Origin: an uncultured Planctomycetia bacterium
Lineage (GTDB): Bacteria; Omnitrophota; Gorgyraeia; Tantalellales; Tantalellaceae
DNA: 64,000 nt
NCBI GenBank assembly: GCA_964409365.1
Contig: CAYPCX010000002.1
Coordinates: 32,984 to 96,983 of the forward strand
Reading direction: 5' to 3'
The notes under the pieces were generated by a model, which did not search any database, was not told the origin of the DNA, and saw only the letters and a list, made by a program, of their open reading frames with translations. The position numbers and the translations under genes are program-made. Numbering within the stretch: the first letter of the stretch is position 1; each line of letters starts with the position of its first letter. This document shows, in pieces, positions 28,101 to 40,100 of this stretch.

Positions 28101-31100
28101 TTTCCGTATCGCCGGCAAGGATTTCGACCTGGTACAGGACGAGACGGGCCAGTACCAGCTTATCGAGAAGCATACGTTCTCCAGCCATGTCGAGCGCGGC
28201 GAGGACTTCCTGGGCAGCGAGGACGAGAACATCGTGACAAAGCTGGAGTTCGAGGACCAGTATTCCGTGCCGCATGAGATCTATTATTTCACGCCGGCGT
28301 TCGAAGAGGACCAGACCAATATTATCAATGGCATCATCATGACCTACGGTATAAACCCGGGAGACATCACGACCACGCATTATACCCTTACCTATTTAAG
28401 GACCGGCAGCGGCGCCGAACATACCGAGCTGGTCGGGGATATACAGTACCTGGACGGAGGGGAGATCCTTGGCGAGAAGTTCGTCGTGGACGGTAAGAGG
28501 CACGATATCGAGGAAGACGCCAACGGTGTGATAGAAGTGGCATATGACGTTTCCGCGGAAGATATCATAGTCAGGATAGAGTTCACCACCGAGAGCGGCG
28601 ACCAGGAAGTGTTCGGCATATTCGACGGCACCTTCGATAAGGACGCGTATATCGAATACCTTAAGGCCGGGATAGCGGCCGAGTACACGGTGACCGGGGT
28701 CTTCACGACCACGACATACAGCCTCAAGGACCTGAGGGAGGCCTTCATAGCGAACGAGGACGGGGATCTGGTGACAGCCCTGGGATACGATAACTACGGC
28801 CTGGACGGCGAGACCTTCAAGATCGGCCAGGACAGGTACAGGGTGTTCGCTAATTCCTGCAACGCCGATAAAGAGGACATCCTGATCATTCGTGAGAAAT
28901 ACAACGAGACCACCGAAGGATATGATTCATTCGACTACAGCGTATCTACGGCCGCCGACAACATCCTGAAGATATCCGGGACGATGTACACCGCCGTGCA
29001 TACGACCGATCCGTTGCACCCGCAGCCCGGCCACGAGGAATGGGAGACGTATTATTACGAGATCTACGATGAAGAAGGGGTCATGGCGGCCTGGACCGAA
29101 CCCGTCGAGGTCGAAACGGACGTATGGGAGTGGCGTCTCACCATGCACGGCAAGACGTATGACGTCGAAATAGATGAGGCGAGGGACGGTATCATCCTGA
29201 GCGAGCGGACCAAGACGAGCGAGCCGGTCGTGGTGGACCTTTACGAGAGCACTTACGGCGGCGATGATGACGATACGGATGACGTGGAGATAAAGAGTTT
29301 TTGCGGCTTAAAGGCGGAAATGATGATGGTCGGGTTCACGCCGTCGCCGGGAGAGAATCCGGGAGCCTTCTGGTGGTTCGTGGAGGTGGAGCGCAAGTAC
29401 GAGATCACCGAACAGGGCGAGACTGAACCCAGGTACGGCAAGGTAGTAACACAGGATTCCGGAGACCTCGCGGGCCATGGCGTTATCCCGGAATACCTTA
29501 ACACCGTCAAGATCAAGGTCGGCGCGAACAAGTACGTCCCGCATGATATCTTTATCGAGGACCTTGGTGACGGCGAGCCGGGCAGGTTCTACGTGGCTTA
29601 CGATACGGCCTATACAACCGAGATAAACGATCCGGAAGCAGCAACATACATGACCGTTGAATTCACCGAGGATATGACGGTGACCATAGACGGAGCCAGG
29701 TACAAGGGCATCAAGCATTATGATGTGGCAGGGGATCTGGTGAGCGTTTCCCTGAGCAGGATCACCGAAGAGATCACCGTCCATGACGGCCTTCAGGTCG
29801 AAGGCCAGTATCTCTTCCAGGGACATATCGACGGAACTTACAGGGTAGACGTGGGCTCCGGGCAAGAGGTCGTGGACACGAGAGATTTCGGATTGAGCTA
29901 TCACCCCGAGGTTTATGAGACCGACCCCGCCGCCAACACTGTTGTTCTGGACGATGGCAAGGTATACGAGGTAGCGATAGATCCCGCGGATCCCTCCCAG
30001 GCGAAGCTCATCCATACCAATATCAATAGCTACGCCGCGCCTTCGGTGATACTGGGCGATGTGTTCTATATCATCGAAGGTCCCGACGGGAACGGCCATT
30101 ACACGGTCCGGGAGGCGTTCAAGGAGGCGCCCGAAAAACAAGTCAGTTACACCTACACGACAGATACGGAATGCGTGGAGATAGGCGAGGCCCTCTTCAA
30201 GGTAAGCGAAGAGACGGCGCCCTCGACGGGCAGGGAATGGTTCGTCCTTGAGAAGATGGAAGTTACAACCTTCCTGAAGGACGAGGACCAGATGATCGTG
30301 GGCCTTGAGGGGGACAGGTTCTATACCGTCCAGGCCGTGGGGAGCGTGCACGCCTTCCAGAACCTCTACGGCGAAGAGGGTACCGAACTTTATTATTCCG
30401 CGATGGAAGCTGAAAAAGAGATCGTGTACTTCGCCGCCGGAGAGATGTTCGAAGTGGCCGAGGACAGCCAGACCGGCAGGCTCCAGCTTATTCCGGTATA
30501 TATCGAGCATTCTTTCAAGGGAGAAAAAGCGATAATAAACGACCGGTATTACACCGTTACGAAGGAGACCCAGGGGTCTGCCGAAAGGTACACGTTCGAT
30601 GACGGTGTTACCCAGACCAGTTCCGACTGGGCCGAGCTGGACGTTTCCAATATCTACCGTTCGGTTATGGAGCTGGACGCCGTTACATATGATATGGTCG
30701 TCGAAGCCGACGGGACGATCAACCTCTCCGGCAGGACCACGGAAGCGTCCGGTGCTTACATCATAGAGGTGAACGGCGCGCAGTACGTGGTCAGCGAGGC
30801 ACAAAGTGCCGACGGGTATAAGGCATGCAGGCTTTTTGACGGGACCACCTGGTATACCGCCGACCCGCCGACTAGCACCATCAGGCTGGCCGACGACGTG
30901 CTGTACAGGGTGACCAGGGACCCGGAGACGGAAGAAGTGATTTTAAGCGACGCTTACGTGGAAAGCCATGACGTCCAGGCGGTCGAGATAAACGGGAAGA
31001 TATACCTGGCATACGAATCTTTTGACGACGACAGCCACGCTTACAAGTTCTATGACGGCTACGGCGCCTACGCCAGCGCGCGCGACACGTTCGGTTTCTA

Positions 31101-34100
31101 CCGTGACGGCGAGAGCCTCTTCAGTAATTACGCGTTCTACGAAGAAGTGGACAGGGACAACTTCGAGGAATACGAGAAAGAGGACATCTTCGGCGGCCAG
31201 GACAAGTTCAGCCATAACGAGATAAATTACCGCATCGATATCCCGAGCGCGGGCGTGTATGACATAGGGCTTTTTGCCAGGACGTATAACAGCACGCTGG
31301 CGCCTACGCTGAACGGCCTGGACATGGGTTATGAGTTCACGGTCAAGGTCGACGGCGTAGAGAAAGGATCGTTCCTGGTTAGGGCCACTTCCGAAACCCT
31401 TACCATGGGAAGTATGCCCGTCTATCTCGGCGAGGGAGAACACGACCTGAATATGGTCTGGAATATTCCCGAGTGGTACGCTTCCGCGGACGTCAAGGGA
31501 GACCTGACCCTCGAGGTAAAGGACATATTCGTATCGGAAGGGGAACTGGACGTCTATGACCTGGACGGTGACCTGGACGTTGACGATGACGATCTGGCCA
31601 TACTGGTCACCAACATAGGAAGTACCGCGAAGACAAGCGACGACAGGGAAGAGAAGGCGTTCGAACTTAAAGGTAAATATTATTACTATTATTATAGCGC
31701 GCCCGGTGACGAATACATCATCTCCGACGGGGAGGCCTTATACGCGGTATATACGACCGCCGGAGGCAATATGGTAGACCTGGACAGCGGCCAGTTCAAG
31801 GTGACCGTTAACGAAGCGGAAGGGACGCTGGAACTCGAAGAGGGCACTGCATACACCATCTCCCAGGCGGACCAGGTCATAGAGTGTAACGGCGTCCAGT
31901 ACCTTGTGTTCTGGGAGGGCAGCGACGTAAAGCTCAAGTGGGACGGCGGCGACCAGACCTATGGGTCAACATCCGGCCCGCCGTGGATCGAAATAATACT
32001 GGACGGGATCCCCTATACGTTCAAGACCAACCAGACGGACAAAAAGGTCGAGCTTGAAGAGATCATCATAGAGGCCATGCCGGTATACGAGGAATATATG
32101 GTGGAAGTGGCCAACAAGATATACGTGGTCGCCTTTGACGGGAATACCATGAGGTTTATAGATGCCAACGGCACGGTAACGCCGACCGACCTGGACGAGG
32201 TGACCGCGCCTGATGGGACGGTATCCAAGGTGGGAGAAGTGTTCCTGGCGGGCATGTTCTACAGCATAACGGTCACAGGGGACGACCAGATCGCGCTCGC
32301 CGAGCTCGGCGTGCCGGTCAAGTCCGAACCGGCCCAATCGACCCGCAGGATAACCCTGGGAGACGAGTACATGGTCCTCGATAACGGCGACGGCACTTAT
32401 ACCTTCGGCAAGCTTGCCGATACCGAAGTGTTCACATCCTCTTACACCACGGGCATGGTCGAGATCGTCGAGGGCGAACACACCACTACATATTATGTCT
32501 TTGAAAACCCGGCAGACGGGACCATAGCGCTCTTTAGAGATCCTCTCATGCACAGCATCGACCAGGGGCAGGAAGGCACGATAAGCGTCGTGTTCGATTC
32601 CTACGAAGCGTTCTACGATATAGATCAGTGGGACGCGGGCGGCGGCGATATGAGATACCGCTTCACGGATATAACCGACGGCGAAAAGGTATGGGTGGAG
32701 GACGCCGACGGCACCGTAACTATCGAGGGGATAACTTACGGCATAGTCCTCGAGGGAAGCCGGATGATACTCGAGCAGAAACCCATAACCAGCGACCCGT
32801 TCGAATACAGGATAGTCTACGCGATAGGACTGAGGAATTATGACGCCGCCACCACCGACATTATCGCGGACGATTTCAACTATGCCGCGTTTGACGCTTC
32901 GAGATGGGAAACCTTTGTTTCCATACCCGAATGGTCGATGGAAGAGAAATATTATGTTGACGATATAGTTTCCAAGGATGGTGTCGATTATATCTGTACG
33001 AGCACTCATACTTATCACCCCGATTACGTGCCGGGGACCGGATCGAACTGGATTTCGAGGTGGTCGGTATTTGATGGTTCCATGGACACCTGGGAAGTGA
33101 CGGACCGCATGCTGAAGAAGGAGAACGAGCACGGCAACGACAAGAGGGCCATTTTCACGGAAAGTGAAACGGGCATCGAAGCGAGCGGCAGCCAGGAAAG
33201 CTCCTCGATAAGCGTAAAGGTGAAGATCGACGACGTCGCGGACGCGCAGGCAGATATCTATGCGGGTTACGTGAACGATTCGGATGACGTAAACGACTAT
33301 GGCAGCGCGTTCTATCAGATGAGGGTAGGCAAGGATGATATACTCACGATCTACCGCAAAAATGAGAATGAACTGGAAGAGCTCATCTCCGTTAACGTCC
33401 TCTCCGGGTTCGGCATAGACATAGAACCGGACGAGTGGCACGAATATACCTTCGGCGCGTGGGAGGACGAGCAGGGAGTTATCATAAAAGCCTTTATCGA
33501 CGGCGAGAAGATAATCGAACTTGCCGATCATACCGATAGGGCGATAAGGGGCGGCAAGGCCGGCGTGGGATGCCCGGCCGGCGGCAGCGTGCGGTTCGAC
33601 GAAGTAAGAGTGAACGCCGTCATGCCGGCCGTCGTGGCGTTCTATGAGATAACCGAGACGGAAGAAGGCAAGTATCTTTTGAGCGACGGCATGTATCCGC
33701 CCGTAGAATCGGAATATGACGGCCAGTACACGACGTTCACGACACACAGGACTATAGAGCTTGAAGGCGCCGAGTACAAGATCGTGTATGACGGCGATAA
33801 CGGCACATACGCTCTTTATGACGGGGCCTCCACGGATCCCGTCGCGGAAGACCTCGTCCTCACGGCCAGCGGCGCGTATACCACCGGGATAAACGGGATA
33901 GTTTACAGGGTGATCGGGACCGATGCCGATGATTTCCGGCTCGAAAGCGTGGAAGAGACGGTCGGAGAGAGCGTTACGGGGAAAGTCCTCAGGTTCGGGA
34001 GTGAATACTACAGGGTCACGGAAACGCAGCTCGACCGCGCCCCGGCTGAATTCACGGAAATAGAAGAAGATGCCGTGCTTATACCCGATGCTGACTACAC

Positions 34101-37100
34101 AGATACGGGGAACACCACCTGGTACAGCGTCTATACGACCGGCGGCGGCGAATATGAATTCAAGGCGTATAACGGGACCACATATACGGACACGGACGAC
34201 GACAAGGAAATAATTATCGCGGGCGTCACGTATCTGATAGACGACACGACCGATCCCGGCAGGATAATACTGACCGAAAAGTACACGACGGCTTCCGCTG
34301 TGGAAGCGGCAGACCTTGACAATGACGGCGATATAGACGCGGACGATGAAAGCGTGATCCTGACGGCGATAACCGATGGTGTTTATGACTGGATGGCCGA
34401 CCTGGACGAAGACGGCGACGTGGACCTGGCGGATCTCATCGCCTTCCGCGGGTGGAGGTTCGATACGGCTCAGGTAACAAGCGTCAGTTTCGAAGACAAC
34501 GAATACTACATGGCCAAGCTCGGAGAGGACACGTACGTACTCGGCGACTTTACGACCGGCGAGGTCACGGCGAGCAGTCTCGGCGCGGACGGAAAACCTT
34601 TCGTGGAATTCGCCGGCCTCAGGTGGCTGATAGAGGACGACGGTACGGTGGGCGCGCTCGGCACGACAAGTATTGAAGAGGACATACGCCTTTTCAGGGT
34701 CGACAGCGGCGAGAAGGTAATAGGAAGCGCGACCTTGAACGACAACACGTTCGTATACAGGGAGAAAGAATATTATATTACGGGTACCGGCATCGAAGAT
34801 ATAGCCCTTAACGCGGATTACACCTGCATGAGCTTTGGTAACAGTTCGTATGATAATATCGAGTGCGGCGACGCCGAAGGTTTTAATGCGGACGCGTTCA
34901 CGCTTTCAGTCATGGTATATCATACGAGCGGAACCAGCACTTATGATCCCATAGTTTCGAGAGGCAGGTACGATGCCGGTAGTTTTGCCGTTAACGTGAT
35001 AAATGAAACGGATACATTAAGGATATTCAGGAATGGCAACAAAGTAGCGGAAGCCTGGGATCCTGTCCTTGAACTGGCCAGGGATCAGTGGAATCATGTC
35101 GTGATAAAGTACGAGAACGGTAATATCACGGCGTACGTGAACGGAGAGTCTGAAAGAGCCGCGGGATTCGACATATACGAGAATACAAGTCAGGATGTTT
35201 ACCTCGGGAAGTGGATAGCGAGCGTGTACGGTGGTTATTGGTACAACGGTTATCTCGACGAGTTCGCCTTCTTTGACAGGGCGCTATCAGAGACGGAGAT
35301 ACAGGCCCTTGTGGATGCCGGTCCGGAAGGGAACGAAGAGGGTATTGTCGCTTATTACTCGTTCGATGCTGGCGACGCGAAAGACGACTCCGGCAACGGG
35401 AACGACGGAAGCATGGAATATAGCGTTGCCCCGGCGGTCCAGCCCAGGATCAGCGCGGAAACCGCCGCGCCGGTCATTGAATTCGACGGCGATCTTTACG
35501 AAGCGGTCTGGTCGGGATGGGACTGGTCGCTCGCGAATGGTTTTGAGGCGATAGAATTCGGTTTTGAAGACCGCACCGAGATCGCGGGAATAGAGTATTA
35601 TCTTGAGGATGTCGGGCTCGAGAGCATGAGCCTTGCCGGACCGGTCTCCTCGAGCAGGCACCTCAGGGAGTGCGAGGTCGTGTATGAATATACCACTATC
35701 GGCAGTGACGGAATCCTCATAGCCAGGGCGAAAGCTTCCGTCCTTGACGCGGACACGGACGTCGTGATAATCGGCCAGAGTATCGCGGTAAAGACGGCGG
35801 CCGAGAATACCGACATTACCGACCGTTTCGACGACGGCGACCTTAATGGCTGGACGTTCTCGGGCGGCGGCACCTGGGAGGTCAAGGATAACCACATGTT
35901 CCGTTCGGACAGGGCGTATAATGACGGTGACACGCAGGAGACCCCCGAAGTAAGGGCGATATACACATCAAGCGGCACAGAGCCGTCCGCTTCCGGCGAC
36001 AACACCAACTCATCCATAAGCGCGCGCGTCAACCTTTATGAGTGGTATATAGATACGGCTTCTTACTGGAATACCGGCGACGATTTCAGCGGTGATGCCG
36101 CGGTCGATCTCTACGTGCGTTACCAGGACGCGGACAACTTCTACAGGATGAGGCTGGGCGACCAGGACACGCTGGAGATCGGGAAGTCAACCGGTGGTGA
36201 ATACACGACTCTGGCAATTGTGAACGTCAACACCGGATTCGGCATAAACATCGTCAGGGACAACTGGTACCGCTTTGCTTTCGTCTGCGACGGGGATACA
36301 GGAGAACTGGCGGCATATATAGATGGAGTAGAGGTCCTGAGCTTCACGGATGCGGTGGGCGCCTATACGACCGGCGCGGCAGGAGTGGGCTGTGCCGAGA
36401 ACGTGAGGGCATATTTTGACGACGTGACTTTCGGCACTGCGACAGTAGAAAATATCACTTATTATACCGTGGAAATGGACGGCGGGAACTTTGTCTTCGA
36501 TGGCGGGATATATCCGCCGATAATCGTAGCGCCGGACGGAGTATATACGACCTACAGGACGATAGAACTGGAAGGCGCTGAATATAAGGTGGTCTACAAC
36601 GACGTATCCGGTAAATATGACCTCTATGACGGTGTGTACACTACTGCCGCGGCATCCGGGCTTGAACCGACGGCCGAGGGTACTTATACGACCGGGATCG
36701 GCGGCGTCGTTTACAAGGTATTCGGCACCTGCGCGGACGACATCTATCTGGAGAGCGTGACCGGGGTCGTTACCCAGGATGTAGATGAGAGGGTTATCGA
36801 TCTTGACGGGGAGCGTTTTATGGTCACCGAGACGCTTATACAGAACAGGAGCGCGCTCGATCCGGCAAGATCGGAGGACGACTACGTGATAATAAGGTCC
36901 GGCGACGAAGGGACCACAAAAGGACAGATCTTGTTCAACGATTTCGACGACGCGGCGGATACCCTGGAAGAGTTCGAATTCCACAGTCAATATTACCCGG
37001 ACAGCAGCGAATGGACGATCGAGGAAGGCTCTTTTAAGATACCGTATCAAAGCGGCGTGAAAAAGGCTATCTGCAGGTTCGTCAGTGATGCTTCGGGGGT

Positions 37101-40100
37101 CATGATGCCGCAGCTGAAGGATTGCGCCGTAACGGCCGAAGTCGAATCGTGCAACAGCTATAAAGGAATAGATCTCTACTTGCGGTACCGGGATGATGAT
37201 AATTTCTACCGTTTAACTCTTAACGAAGAGACCGATATCGTGAAGATAGAACGCGCCTCGAGCGGCGTGTATTCAACTCTGGCAGAGGTCAATGTTAATA
37301 CAGAGTTCAGCCTGGACCTCCTGGAAGACCAGTGGTATGAGATAAGTTTTGTGGCCTGGGGAAACAGGCTTACGGGGTATATCGACAGCATGGAGGTCAT
37401 AAGTGTCGTTGACGATTCCGCGGCCAGGATAGAAGAGGGTTACGCGGGCGTCGGCGGCCGTTCAAATACCGAGTTGTATTTCGACGATCTCGAAGTGGAA
37501 GAAGTGCTGGATTTCGAACGCGCCTATTACAAGGTCGAGAAGGTGAGTGACCAGTATGTGTTCACCGAGGCGGTCACCGGGGCCGTTTACACGAGCGACA
37601 CCTGCGGCACGTACACGACGTCCGTTGATATAGACGGAGCGACGTACGAGGTCGAATGGACGGCTGAGGATGATGTGATAATGACGGCCGCGTACAGCAC
37701 TCTTGCCGACCTCGATTCGGACGGTGATATAGACGCCGATGATGAAACTGTCATCAATGACGCCCTGGCCACGGGCGTGTACACCGCGGCCGCGGATATC
37801 ACCGGCGACGGCCGTATTGACGATAATGACCTCGCGATATTCCTTTCATACAGGTTCTCTACGACGCAGGTCGCCATGTACTCGGTCACGGGTGATAATG
37901 GCGTGGATGATTATTTCGTGTCCCGGGCGGCCGAAGGCGGATATTTCTTTGAAAAGGTAGAAGGGGATACCGAAGCGTTCCTCGGCGACTCAGCCGGCAA
38001 ACTGATGAAAGACCCGGACGGGGCGTTATATATCGCTGCCAGGTACACTACAAGCGATGATTTCCTCGATATGAGGGTGTTCGATATGGAGGAAGACACG
38101 AGGATATATCATTTTAACGACGGCACGGGAGAGATAGGCGCCGAATCGATAGCGAGGTCCTTTATACATGACGGAAAGGTCTACAGGGTCATCGGTACGG
38201 AGCTGGATGATGTTGCCCTTGTATGCGAGGGCGTCCAAGGCACTGAGGTCACTGCCCCGGCGGTCCTTTACAACGGCGATATCTATGAGAGAGCGGAGTG
38301 GGCCACGGTGACGGATAGTTTCGAAGCCGGGACCGATAGTTGGGATATTACCTGCAACGCGTCGGAGCCCTATACTACTTCCTGCAATGATACGGTCATC
38401 CTGGGCGGATACGAGAAGTTCAACTATGATGATACCGTCACCAAGACCTTCACGGGCGACCTGCTGCAGGATGCGGTTACCATAACGTTCGATTACTACT
38501 TTATCGATTCCTGGAGTGATTATGATGCTTACCTGGAAATAAACGGCGAAAGGGTGTGGGAACAATCGCATGATCACGACTTGCGATCCCGCACCGACGG
38601 TAATACGGAAGGCGGCCTGCTCGAAAAAATAGAGCCTGTCGGCAGCAGCAGCTATGACGACTACGTGGGGCACTTTGAAGTGGTCTATGACAATACCGGA
38701 GGGCCGGATACGCTCGCGCTCACGTTCGGGACAGGCGGAGGTTCAAGCACTTATTGGGGTATCGATAACGTGAAAGTCCAGCCCAGATACGAGCTGGGCC
38801 TTGTCTCCGGCGAGGAGATTATCGGGTTCGACTCCGAGGATAATACGACCATCGGCGGGTATACTTACCACTATTCGACCACTGGACCGGAAGATGTGTT
38901 CGTGGAAGGCCCGGTCTCGGGCAGCACGCACGTGGCATCCAAAGAAAAGGAATACCAGCTTTCAGGCACAGGCATATCGGACCTCGTGCTTACAGAGATC
39001 ACGGACGAGAAATTCTGCGACATTAACGGGGACTATTCGGTTAACGGCGCGGACGAGGGCATTATTACGGACGCCATCTCTACCGCTACTTATACCTCCG
39101 TAGCCGACCTTGATGGCGACCTTGACGTTGACAATGAGGATTATTTTATATTCAAGGCCCAGCTGGCGTCCGCGAACGCGGTATCCCGCCTTATAGAACT
39201 TGACGGCGTGGAATACTATATTTCCGAGAGGGACGAGGGTACCTATATGCTTACCCCGGCGGACGGCGAGGAAGTTACAGTAATAAGCCGGCATGACAGC
39301 GGGCTTTCGGGTGACCAGACCGTCTTTTCCGGCCTTCGCGGCGTAGATCATATCGTCACGGAAGCTGACGGTCTTGACGACGTTACGGTCGCGGAAGAAA
39401 TGACAGCCGATCTTGACGGCGACGATGACCTGGACGCGCAGGACTGGGCGATCATGGAGAACGCCCTCGGATCGGTCCGTCGTTCGGTAGCCGATGGGAT
39501 CGAAGCCGCCGCGAGCAAAGACTGGAACACGGACGTATACGCCGGCGACGCCCTCGCGATGCACGCTCTGGCCGGTGACAGCGATAACTGGCTGGAATAC
39601 GAGTTCGATATACTGCACGAGGGTGCGTTCGATATCCGCATACAGGTAAAGAACGGTTCGCCTTATAACGACCTCCCCGCCGGGTACCAGTACGCGTTCG
39701 ATCTTTATCTTGACGGCGCCCAGGAGAAAGCGGGTACGATATACGTTGACGGCGACAACGAAAGTTATTGCGAAGGCACCATAAGCATGGCGGACCTGGC
39801 GGAAGGGACGCACACTTTAAGGTTCGTGTGGGCGAACTCGGGAAGCGCTCAAATCCTCGGCCTCAAACACTGGGCCCAGCCGCGGGCAAGTTTCAAGAAG
39901 GTCTCGGTCATCTCCACCAATTATGACCAGCGCGCCGACCTGAACGATGACGGTGTGGTAGATGCCGAGGACCTTGATATCTTCATGAGCTCTTACGGAG
40001 ACACATCCCTCGCCCAGAGGCTTAATATAGGCGGCAGGGGGTATTACGTCCTGGAATCCCGCCTCACCGGAGGGTACGTTTTCTATGAGAGAGACGGCCG

